DNA of 64,000 nucleotides from Eledone cirrhosa (taxonomy: Eukaryota): the NCBI GenBank assembly GCA_964016885.1, contig OZ024740.1, forward strand, positions 152,148,001 to 152,212,000. The letters are read 5' to 3'. Positions within the stretch are counted from its first letter, which is position 1; each line of letters begins with the position of its first letter. Shown piece by piece: positions 1 to 11,810 of the stretch. The translations under genes were made by a program, and so were the position numbers. Under the pieces are notes generated by a model. That model made no database searches. It was not told the DNA's origin and was given only the letters and a program-made list of their open reading frames with translations.

Positions 1-460
1 TTTAAAGATTAACTCAAATAAGGAGCCTGGGCGCAGCTGGCTTTCGATCTCAACTGAAGCCAGCAGGCCTAGACCGCGGAGATGGCAAATGCCCCGACGG
101 AATCACCCTCTTCCCATTCGAAGAAGGTAGATCCCTCATCTGGGACGCCACCTGCTGCGACATGTTCTCCGTCTCCAACTTAGTCGCTTCGGCCACAAAC
201 CCCGGCATCGCGGCCCGCCTCGCAGAAGAACGAAAAATAAACAAATAACGGAGTTTGTCCGACCGCTTCATCTTCGCACCGGTCGCCATCGAGACCTCAG
301 GCATACTTGGACCCCATACAACTGAGTTCCTCCGCAAGATCGGAATGTCGACTGCCCGTCTGAGGAAGGACCCCGCGAGGCTGGGTGACTGTTGCAGCGG
401 GTGTCACTGGCCATTGTCCGCGGAGCGCAGCCCTTCTTCCCCCATGCCCTAGGCCCAATC
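1..460 (+). mobile_element. 3' fragment of CRE-like non-LTR retrotransposon (restriction-like endonuclease domain), degenerate
   Basis: + frame reads KPAGLDRGDGKCPDGITLFPFEEGRSLIWDATCCD...AEERKINK*...FAPVAIETSGILG (PD..D REL motif); internal stop and frameshift. Confidence 0.8.
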
Positions 461-979
461 ACCCTCCCCTTTCTCCTGCGACACTAGAGTTCTTGCCATC
501 CCCTCCCCTTCCCGATCATTTTTCTTTCTTTTTCTCTCAATATTTTCCTTCTTTTTCTTTTTTTAATATTGTTGTTATTATCATTATCATTATTGCTGTA
601 AATAAAAAAAATATTTCATATGAAGAAACAGGAGCAAGAGGAGAGGCTATGAATATTTCACCGGCAGCCATAGAATACGAATGTATATGTGTGTGTGTAC
701 GTGTGTACATAGATAAGTTCATAAACGCATATATATATGTATGTATTCATTTATTATGACTTTTCTGAGATCGATAAAATAAGTACTGAGAGGGTGCATT
801 TTCATTGAATACATCCATACCAAATTTGTGTTTTTGTTTCTTTATGACAAGACTCAATTTAGCCATAATAAATTGATATTTAAACTCTACTTCGATATGG
901 AGTATTCTTTCTTCTCGTCCGTCAACTACGGATATCGAAGTAGAGTTTAAATATCCATTTATTATGGCTATATATATAT

Positions 980-2270
980 GGTCCACCTCCCTCGATGTTA
1001 AGTCCATATATGCAGTCATCCGCCACGCCGGTAGCAATTTGGCCCTCCTCTATTTCCTCAGCCTTCGTTCATCGCACCAATCTCCACCTCCACACTTATC
1101 TGCCTGGCTGATTCTCTTTCTCGGGTGAGATATACCAACAGACGACAGAAGTGGCCATGGGCCCCAGCTACGGCAACTTATTCGTCGGCTATGTTGAGAC
1201 CCAAATCTTTTCCCAATATACCGGCCCCACTTCTGACCTATATAGATACATTGATGACTATCGGCGCCACGTCACTTACCTGAATACAGCTCGATCCCTT
1301 CCTTTGTTCTTTCTACTCCTCCTCAATCTCCACCACTTCCTGGATATCTCTATTTCCATTGACCACTCTACTCGCCCCCTCATCACGTGTGCCTTCTTCA
1401 AACCTACCGACTCCACCTCCTGCAATCCTTTCCATACCAAACACTCCATCCCCTACTCCCAATTCCTTCGTCTCTACCGTCTATACAGTCGAGCCCATAA
1501 TTTTGAGGCTCAGGGTCATTGCATGGCTAGACGCTTCTCCCGATGAGAATACCCTTACCCTGATACAAGTCACGCTCATCTGTAGCCGTGGAGTCGACCA
1601 CACGTTTGTCCTTACACCGAGTCACTCCCCCTAACCCACCAACAGGCTACCATTTTCCCTTACTTACCACCCTTCCAATGTGCACACAATATTAACAACG
1701 TTCTCGTCCGCAGTTCCCTACCTTCTTCCAACTTGGGGTAGGGCTGATCGGAATCATGGAAATGGTGCATCGGTCCAGGTAACTCAAATTTCCTACTCAC
1801 ACGAAGTCGTCTTCCACATTGATTGACGTATAAGTGTACACTTTAATCAATTAGTTTCAAATTTTAATAATACGGACTTACTCAAATTATATAAGTTCAC
1901 ACACATACAGGATGTCCACAAAAATGTATACACACTTTGTATACATTTTGTACACACCTGTACAGGCAATATTTATTAGAATGCTGATGAAGTGTGTATA
2001 CATTTTTGGGGGACACCCTGTATATGTGTGTGAACTAATTCTCCACACTTGCACAGTTAACCTGCTCTTCTCCCCATCACCTTTGAACTCTTCACTCGCA
2101 GATTACCCACATTTAGCCAGTGTTCAAATTGCTGAACCTTTGAACTGCACAAATCATCTGTGACCCGCCTCCGCCACCTATCCTTTCTAATTGTTCCTTC
2201 TCTCCAAATTATCCATTTCCTGAAGAAGATCTTATCTCCGAAATGTAAAAACTCTCATTTACTTCTTCCC
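980..2270 (+). mobile_element. Penelope-like element relic (RT fragment and 3' pLTR-like end)
   Basis: AMGPSYGNLFVGYVE, YRYIDD, FLDISI, KPTDS, HSIPYSQFLRL motifs at 1151-1546; decayed hammerhead CTGAAGA..GAAATGTA at 2220-2247. Confidence 0.85.
1908..2020. mobile_element. Tc1/mariner-type MITE
   Basis: TA|CAGGATGTCCACAAAAATGTATACACAC ... GTGTGTATACATTTTTGGGGGACACCCTG|TA; ~28-bp TIRs and TA target duplication. Confidence 0.8.
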
Positions 2271-2514
2271 AACTGAGGTGGAGGATCCAAGTGTGTTGTG
2301 GGTGCTGCAAGGTATTTTGGTTGGGCATGGTGAGGGAGGAAGCATGCGAGACAGGGGGAGGAGGCAGAAGGTAACAGGGATAAGAACAATCATGAGTGAG
2401 AGGAGAGAGAAAAAGAATGAGAAATTAGAGAAAAAGTGGAGGAGGAGGGTTGCAGAAGATCAGTGCAGTGTAGGGGCAGTTCAAAAAGTCCAGCAATTCA
2501 TAAACTATATATAG

Positions 2515-2743
2515 TTAACCCTTTAGCATTTAAACCAGCCATATCCGGCCAGAATTCTCTCATCTCTTTCTGTTAAAACCAGGCATAACTGGCCGCTCAT
2601 ACTGATGTTAAGGTATTGTTCTCAAAATAAATAACATCAAAATCTGATAGATTCGATATTATGTGAGATGATTATATAAGATAAAGGCTTTACTACAAAG
2701 ATACAATAGTAAATATAGAGTAATGTAAATGCTAAAGGGTTAA
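2515..2743. mobile_element. piggyBac-like TTAA MITE family A; other copies ~10483-10690, 13929-14144, 22604-23282 (reverse, with insert), 26916-27133, ~28686-28883
   Basis: TTAA|CCCTTTAGCATTT ... AAATGCTAAAGGG|TTAA termini; ~220-bp internal sequence shared among copies. Confidence 0.85.
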
Positions 2744-2803
2744 TCCACTATATAGTCTGTCTGTATGCATGTATATATAAATGTCTGTCTGTCCGTATGC
2801 ATG

Positions 2804-2834
<31 letters not shown>

Positions 2835-3699
2835 ATAAAAATAACAACCATCCAATGTTTACTGCTCATCTCAGAACATCGATGAGTTGACAAATGTGAA
2901 GAGAATATGAGAAAACTATCCGAATAGCTGTTTTGTTTTTTTCACTCTTTTGCTTTATCACTTCCAAGTTACACAAAGATGTTGTCAAGTGACTGTCATG
3001 TTTTATTATAATAGATACATGCAAGGGCATTAAAATTTAGTTTGCTTGGGGCACCATAGCAATTCTAGAGACAATTCTGAAAACTTACGAACAAACCCTG
3101 GTCAAGTTCAATCTGTAATGTAGGGACTCTTATATTGACAGGGAAACAAGGAATACTCCACTGAACTTTGTACCTCTGACAATAATTCCCACTGAGAGTG
3201 GCATGGAATTTATAAGTAGTGAAGATATCATAAGATCTAAAAACAAATTTTTAAGTAATTATGGAAGTTATTGTGCTATTTGATTCATTTCTTGTGAAAT
3301 ACTTCAAAAGATTTGGCAACTTTGGAAGTGATAAACAGTCATATTTATCACCAATAATCTGTGAAGAAAGTGTTCAGATGGCATAATATGTTAAGAATCA
3401 TATATGGCAGAAATTAAAACATAACACCCACCACACCCGACATGCAAAATGGCTAAAAAATATGTGCAAATTTAGTTATCTGGTAGGCTCATGATTTTTC
3501 TAAATATTCTCTGCTGAAATGGAAAGGGGGTCCTATATGTCATCAAATAGGGAACTTCTTAGTTTCAGTAGATCTGACAGCCGACCTGGTTCATGTTGAT
3601 CAGTTAATAGTTATTGTACGATGTGTTGTTTCTGAGAAGCTGGTAGAAAAGTATTTGACTTTCCTGCAGGCTAGCTCTCACAAGTCTGAAGTAATAGCT

Positions 3700-4250
3700 A
3701 TAATTTTAAAAAGATAATGGAATTGATATTGAAGATGGCAGAGTGTAGCCCTATGACATTGGCAGCAATATGTCTGTTCACTACACAGGAATATAATCCA
3801 GAATTAAGGATAAGTACCTGGCTGCTGCTAACTCATCAAATCTAGTTGCTGTACTGAAGTTGTCAGTTATTTTAGCTTCAAGAATAAATTATACACTTTT
3901 TCTCCATCAATATGCAGATGGGAAAATCTAATGAATTCTTTGGAAGGTATGAAGGGAGCACAAATTGTGAAGGATATGTTAAACTCATATTGTTGAGCAA
4001 GAGCTGAAGCCCTCATAGATGGGTGTGACTGCATTTAAATTATACACCTGAAGAAAGATATGAAGCACAGACATTGGTAGACAAAATGGACTGTCTCTAA
4101 ATTGCTCTGATGACCATGATCTGGAATTTAATTTGAGTTAACTTCAACAGCACGAACATTTACAAGGATTTGAAGTTGAACTGAATAGAGTGATTGATCT
4201 AACTGATACTCCTGAAACATTTCTAAAATCTTTTCAGGATAGGTATGAAG
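3700..4250 (+). mobile_element. Highly degenerate hAT transposase relic (ZMYM1-like type)
   Basis: Fragments YDIGSNMSVHYTGI*SRIKDK, ARAEAL, LVDKMDCL*IALMTMIWN resemble that transposase group; many stops and frameshifts. Confidence 0.45.
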
Positions 4251-4271
4251 TATTAAAACATTATTAGAGTT

Positions 4272-5299
4272 CAAGGTTTCCGAACCAGGGCAATATTGCC
4301 CATCGCAGAGCAATTTCAACTGTTTGTTTGTTGATGAGTAACTGAACAGAAAATGGTGGGTGATTGCAAATTTTGGTGGGCGATATAGGATTTTGAATAT
4401 TAAGAAGGCATTTCAACGTATGCTATCTGAAAAAATATTCAAAGGAGATATGCAAAGAACCTGTATAAAAAAAAAACAAGAGGCTAAATTTATTGAAGCT
4501 ATTCTTTAATGAACATAACATCCCATCAAACAATATTATTGCCAATGCATCTGATGGTGTGTCTGCTATGGTAGGTAGATACAGACGTTTCTCTTCTCTC
4601 TTAAAACTTGAACTTTTGCATTCTGTTTTAACAGATCATTGAGTGGCTCACCAGCAGCATCTAGTGGCAAAAAATATTGATGGCAGGCTTAGTGATGTAC
4701 TGCAATTAGTTATTAAAACAGTGAACAAGCTAAAATTGAATTTTTTATCTGAACTAATTTTCAGTCAATAATGCATTGATAATGATGACTATGTAACCCT
4801 TTTGATGATAACTATGTAACCCTTTTGTACCATACTGAAGTAAGATGGTTGTCAATTGGCAACTGTGTTGTCCATTTTGTCAAACTGTTTGATACAATAT
4901 TTTTTTTCAAAAGACTTCTTTCATTGCTTCAAAATGTTATATTTTTTCCTTAACAACATATTTGCTAACTCTAACCATAAAACTAACCTTTGAACATAAT
5001 ACTAAATTATATCCTTTATATTACATTAAATTTAATAAAATACAGTTTTAAATGGTCAAGTTTGCTTTTATTTGTTCTTTAATATAGTATTAGCAGTAGC
5101 CACCACACAAGTCAGCGTTATTTGTTACCTCCCTTCGGTATTTTTTTTACTATATCATAAAAAGTCAGTTTACGAACTAGTAACAAAAGCTTTTACCAAA
5201 CATTTTTGCATGCTTTTGAATATTTACTATACAGGTGGCCGTTGGAAAATATTTCCATGTGAAAGTGGGCGATGACGCAAAAAAGGCTGGAAACACCTG
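4272..5299 (+). mobile_element. Internally deleted hAT (Buster/Charlie-like) element
   Basis: SDGVSAMVGRY, AHQQHLVAK, LYHTEVRWLSIGN motifs at ~4530-4890; decayed TIR-like ends CAAGGTTTCCGAACC / GGCTGGAAACACCTG. Confidence 0.7.
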
Positions 5300-8200
5300 T
5301 TATTAATATCATTTCAGATTATTATTATCATTACTATTATTTCATTATTATTTGATTACAAACCCAAGAATAAACTTGCTGAAACAATCATGAAGGAAAA
5401 TATGAGTGATTTTTTTTTTTTTTGTTGCTGGACTATTGTGGCTACTTTCTGGAAAGGGGTGGGTAGGGAGCATGCCCAGAACATATAAACTCTGTTTCTT
5501 CACTGCATCCTCCATTATTATTATTATTATCATTATTATTTAGTAGTAGTAGTAGTAGTGGCAGCAGCAGCAGTATTATTATTATGAGTTGCATTAGTAG
5601 TAGTAATAGTAGTAGGAGTAGCGTAGATATTACAAGACAAATATTTTTAAATGCATCTTCTGCTGCCTTTTCCCCTACATATCTCAGATCAAAATTCCTT
5701 TGTTGTTTTTTTTATTTATCTTCAACAAGAGAGATAATGTGAAAGAAAAAAAAGTGAGATAAGATGGATGGAGAAAGAAAAAAAAGTGAGATAAGAGGGA
5801 TGGGGAGAGGAAGAAGAGACAATGATAGAGAAATTATGACAAAATATAATGCATTAGTAATATTCCTTTTTTTTTTTTTTGCTGTTTTGACAGCCCGTGA
5901 CCTTTTTTAGGTAGTCTGAAATTCGTGTGGTAGAGAGAGAAAGGGTAAAGTATTATATATCTAGAAACATGGTCCAAATACTTACCATAGAGTGGACTCC
6001 ATGAAAGACAATCAAGGATCAGGTAGTATTGTTTAGTCTGGGAAGTGGGGACAGAACCTACAGCCTGTTTCAAAGTCCCTAAAACTGCTGGGGTAGAGAG
6101 AGACAGATGGGGTAAGGTGTCCTAAATCCAGATATCTGGCATAAATAGCCTAGCAACCAAGAAAGAGGCAGGTGGAGGTAAGGTGTCCTAAATCCAGAGA
6201 TCTGGCATAAATAGCCTAGCAACCAATGATTAAGTGATGCTGTTAAGCTGGACAGCAGAATAAGTCTACCTTCCAATTTACAAGAAAGGAAAGAAAAATG
6301 ACATTTCTTGACAGATCTTTAAATTTAACCCTTTTCATCCCAAGCTGGCCAAAACCATCTATGGTTCGCTGAAACAAAAATCACCTACTATAAAGAGTTC
6401 CGATTTAAATTTAAAGAATCTCCCAATATAATTATATATAAGTAGTAATGAATTAATTATTAATTTTCGTAAATCCCTCAAAATTCTTCATTAATCAATT
6501 GAAACAGAATGTATTGCATTAGAAATATGTTCATAAAAGTGTTAAATAGACAAAGACAGGCTAAGAGGATGATTATAGCAGTATGATGATCATGAGCAGT
6601 ATGATGATCATGAGCAAAACTTGTCCCAGATATATGGTGTAGGTCAGTGATTTTTTTTTAAAGTTCACATTATATTTTTAACACCAAATATGTTTTTATA
6701 TTTGTGGTGGGGCATGGAGTAAAGAGGTTGATAATTCCTGTTGTAGCCACTTTCACAAGAGAAAGCTAGTCTCAAAGCCTTCCTTGCCATCATAAACAAT
6801 CTATTGCTCAATGAGATAAGGTTCTCCATTCTGGTGCTATAGCAATTGATTGAATTTGATTTACTAATTGAGTTGATATGGATCAAATATGGAAAGTTGT
6901 TATTCTGATCCTCACTGTCATTATTTTTATTCACTCAAGGTGAAAGACTAGAGAAAGTACTTACTACTGTACATTGTCTCAGTTCATTATGATATTCATA
7001 AGCAAATAAGAATAAAGAATTGGAACCAGGTCTTGGGTGCAGCCCTCAGTGAGATACATTACTGAAATGTTTTTATACAAATTTATATAATTAAATTAAA
7101 TAAAAAATAATTTCTTGTAATCAATAAATTTATCACTAAACATCTTTGCCATGTAGCAGCATTGTGGAAATATCCAAAGCAGTGGAGAGGGTCATATAAT
7201 ATTATAACCTGTCATATAATTGGTATGGTTGAGTGTGGTCTGTGTAGTAGAAAAAGCAGACTTAGTCATTTTCTTGGTGTGGGCAGTGCAAGAAGTTCAA
7301 AAACTAAGTTTGTCACCTTGTTAAACCATGATTTGATATTATCTTATTTGGTAGAATGAAGCACATACTGTAGGGCTGACCTAAAGCAAAAAAAAAAAAG
7401 AAAAATACCCAGGTGCCAACTCTGGATGAAAATGATAAACACAAACAGTGCCTAATTTTACTGTTGGCAGAGATGACTCTTCTAAAATAGAACATTGTTT
7501 GTTCCAACACATAATTTTAGATGTTAGTATACTTATGTCAAATGTTTTCCAGTATCATATCTCATGTTTTGACGTGATACAGAATAAAGTTAAAGGCTCA
7601 ACACAGTTGAGTTTGTTCATCTTCTCTGTGTACACTAAAACAACAACTAATGAAATGTTAGGTTGATTCAGTTGAAAGTATTTGGTCCTTCTCTTGCACT
7701 TAGAATGAGATATATTGACAAAGAGAAGTGATTATATACTTGAAAGCCTATGGACCTGTGGACATTATGGAAGCAAGCAGAAGGAGTACCATCAAAATCA
7801 ACATGGAAACAGCAAAAAGAGTATCTAGATGGCTATGACTGAAAGGAAGTGACAGATGGGGACAGTAGTATGCCATTTGGAAACAGACTGAGTTTGACCA
7901 ACTCTGGTGAAGTCGCCTGGATGATGGTGCATGTTGTAAGACCCAAAATACCCAGTGACTCAAAGATATAACACTGATTATATGTTCAAGGTTTTGCCTC
8001 TGTGGATGTGTGAAGAACTTGAATATAGAGGATATTGTGAAAGAATAAAGCATAGAACAAAATATATTTTAGACAAAGAGAAATATACATAGACAAGAGA
8101 GGATACATTATAGTTACATACAAAACATTGTGTCTGAACAGGAGAAGACTACATATCTATATAGTAGCTTAGAAATGTTATCAGAGAAGTTAAACTTATC

Positions 8201-11200
8201 TATGGGACATAGTGCAAAGGACACCAAATAATTGCACAGAGAACTCAATATATTTTAAAATACAACATACTTTACAAAAATATGCAGCAAATAGACACAA
8301 ATTGGTTAAAATATTCCATATAAGCAGAAAAAATTAGGTAAATACAAAGATGATCACAACAAAATTACACATGGTACCAAACATTATACATATTTCTAAT
8401 TCACTAGCAGAACTACCTGGCAATGTTTGAATATTTTTATGAAAGTAACAAAATATTTGGGGAAAAATACACCTTACTATCTGTCAAGAAAGGAGATGGA
8501 GGAACACACAATAGTGAAAGAGACTAGTAAATGGAGAAACTGAAAAATTTGAAAAGTAGTTTTAGTAGGAGGTAAAGACACATTCTAAAATTCATTTGCA
8601 ATGTACACAACATTTCTGACATCAGACTGTTTTCTTTTCCTCTTTTAGTATCTCTATCTATCTATCTATCAATCAATCAATCTATTTCACATACACACAT
8701 GGTACCACACATCCAACATATTTCTATTTCATTGTGGTAGAATTGTTAGAATTGGACAAAATGACTTGCAGTATTTAGTTACAGAATTTTTACTGACATT
8801 AATAAAATGATATGCCAGTCAAGTACAAGATTGATATAATTGATTGCTCCCTCTTCCCCAAATTTCTGATCATGCATCATCTTCATCATTTAATATTTGT
8901 TTTCCTTGCTAGCAAAGATCTACTATGTTGTCACTACTTAAGTGCAGCTACTGATCTCTCTGATTGGATAGAGGCCTACATCTTGCTTACATATGTTTCT
9001 GCACTTAACTGGCTGCTTACATACATTCCCACACTCTCCCAAGTGCATTTTATTGTGGTACCAGTAGTAAGGAGGTTGTCATGTCTTTGACACAGATGAA
9101 AATTCCTCTCAGCTTTTCTACAACTGGATATATCATCAACACCTCAAACATTGGCAAACACATATATATACATCAGATGTGCTTCTGCATGGTTTCAGTT
9201 TACCAAATTTCACTCACAAAGCCTTGGTCATTAGAAGGCATCATACAGTGAGATTAAATCTGGAACCAGAGAGTTTGAAACAATCTTCTTAAACACACAA
9301 CCAAGCATATACAACTATTTTTTTTTCTATTATATCCAGCCAATATTAGTCTCTGATGAGACATATGTCTGAATGATATTTACATTTAAGTAAGAAAACA
9401 CATGACTTTCCTACATTGCAGTAGAGGACTGACTTCAACAAAAGTGACTATAACAATATTGCGCTTAATGATTTTTGTTTTCTCTTTATATTGAAATTTT
9501 AATTTAGAATTTATTTTACTACACTATCATCATCATTTTACAACCACTTTCCATGCTGGCTTAGGCTGGACAATTCATCAGTCTTAGACATAATGGGTCA
9601 AAGAGACATTGCTGTTTATGTTCCATATTTGGCAATGTTTCTACAGCTGGATGTCATTCCTAACACCAACAATTTACAGGGTGTACCAGATTCATTTTAT
9701 CATGGCATCAGCACTGTCACTTTACAGACTGTACTGATAGCAAAAGACACTTGCCCAAGGTATCATGCAGCGTGACTGAACCCCAAATCATGTAGTTGTG
9801 AAGCAAACTCCTTAATCACATAGCCATGCTTGCATCTATATAGAATTATAATAAAGAAGGCAACATATGTTTAGAAAGAGAGAACTTCATGTACTGACAG
9901 CTGGTTGTAATACATTTAAGAGGAGAATATCATAACAATTAAACAGAGAAAACAATACAACTTGGAAGTTACATCCTTAAATAGCAAACCAGCATGCACA
10001 TATACACAGAGAAGCCAATATTTATTTTAATAGTAGACAGTACAAGCCAATTCAGGAGTCTATACATAGATGCCTGACTTTTTAGAAATAGCAACCAAAT
10101 CTCTATCAAATTACACCCTTAATCTTTAAAAAAAAAAAGCACACATTACTTTACATATTCTGGAGTCATAATATCTGAATAAATCAAAGCTCTTACTGTG
10201 GACCTGAATGTGTGTAGGAGAGTTCTCACACATTCAGTTGGAACAGTTGGAAGCTAAGCACAATAAGCAATGAAATTATCAAAAGGCAGCCCATCACCAT
10301 TGCCAAATTCAGTCATCCAACTATAATAATGTGGTTTTTGATGCTAAAACAGGCTGGTAGTATACACTTTACTTATACATGATCTTGCATTCTTCCATGT
10401 AAATTTTATTTTGGCACTTGCACTAAGAAGGCTGTCATGTCTTGTCACAGGTGAAGAATCCTCCTGACCTTTTTATATATTCAACCCATTAGTATTTAAA
10501 CTGGCCGTATCTTGCCAGAACTCTCTCATCTCTCTGTTCAAACCATTTGTAACTAGCGACTCATACTGATGATAAGGTATTGTTCTCAGAATAAATATTA
10601 AAATCTCATAGATTTGATATTATGTGAGATAAAGTGTTTGTCGTGAAAATATAATAGTAAATATAGAGTAATGTAAATGCTAAAAGGTTTGTTAATTATA
10701 CAAATATATATATATAAAACTGTGATTCTCAAAGGCTCAGTAATGTACCTCCTTGAAGATGAGTATTCAGCTGTTCCATCAAGTGTACTTCTTGATCACA
10801 GAACTAGCATGTAAATGGCTGAGAATTCTATAAGCAGATTTAGTGTCTCACAGTGTGGAATAATGCTAGGCCTTTGAATTACAGGTACAATCCATCCAAT
10901 GAGCTTCTGCTGTTTCTGCTTACCTAATTTCATTCACAAGACTTACGTCAAATTAAGGCTATAGCAAAGACATTTGCACAAGTTGCCACATAGTGGAATC
11001 AAACATGAGACCTCATGATTGCAAGGCAAACCTCAAACCATTTGGCCATATTAAATGTATTATAATATAGTAGTAAGAGCAAATAAATACAGCAAAAAAA
11101 AAAAAAACAAATACAGAAATATATATGAAAAATTTGTTGTAAGACAGTAGTTACTCACTTTTAATAATTTAAAGATAAATGACATCAGACTTTATTCTGA

Positions 11201-11619
11201 AATGAAAATGAAATAAAACAGAGGAAGGGAAACAAACACACATGAAATTTTTTTTAAAGAAAACATAGAAAGGCAGGTAGTTTTTTAACCCTTTCGATAC
11301 CAACCTATATAAAACTGCAACTGGTTCTGTGAAACAAAACAATACATTTGAACACTTTTGATAACTTCCCCTGTTTCTATTTTTTAAACTTTCTATCATA
11401 CTTTTATGCATAAAAACTTTGTTGAGATATATTACAAACACCAGTTTAATAAGGAAATAGTTAGTTATATGCTAAATCCCTACAAATTCTTAATTATTTA
11501 AAAAGCATAGACATGTCTTTCATTAAAAATATGATATTAAAGTTCTGATTTAAATTAAAATCTTCCTATGCAATTTACTATCACAACTTTTTAAGTTGTG
11601 TTACAAATACCTTCTTAAT

Positions 11620-11810
11620 AATTGTTTCTACTTTTGGCACAAGGCCAGCAATTACCCAGTGTATTACTGGTACTTTATTTTATCGACTCCGTAAGGATGA
11701 AAGGCAAAGTTAACCTTGGCGGGATTTGAACTCGGGCCATAAAGGGCCGTAGCTCTTTGCTGCAAAGCGTGGCGTCCGACCCTCTACCGATACTGCCAAC
11801 CCATGGCCTT
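11620..11810 (-). mobile_element. tRNA-derived SINE with 17-bp TSD, nested in a family B MITE
   Basis: A-box-like TGGCAGTATCGGTAG, B box GAGTTCAAATCC, central GCCTTTCATCCTTACGGAGTCGATAAAAT; AATACCTTCTTAATAAT duplicated at 11606-11622 and 11813-11829. Confidence 0.9.

Noticed and set aside
50-759. Host protein-coding ORFs at the window start
   Set aside because: Alternate-frame or antisense readings of a broken retrotransposon endonuclease and its low-complexity tail
6111-6227. ~50-bp tandem duplication giving a repeated WLLGYLCQISGFRTPY peptide
   Set aside because: Local duplication within decayed repeat DNA; no splice or coding support
9348-9380. Hammerhead candidate CTGATGA-GACATATGTCT-GAAT
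   Set aside because: Lacks GAAA, a cleavage triplet and stem I
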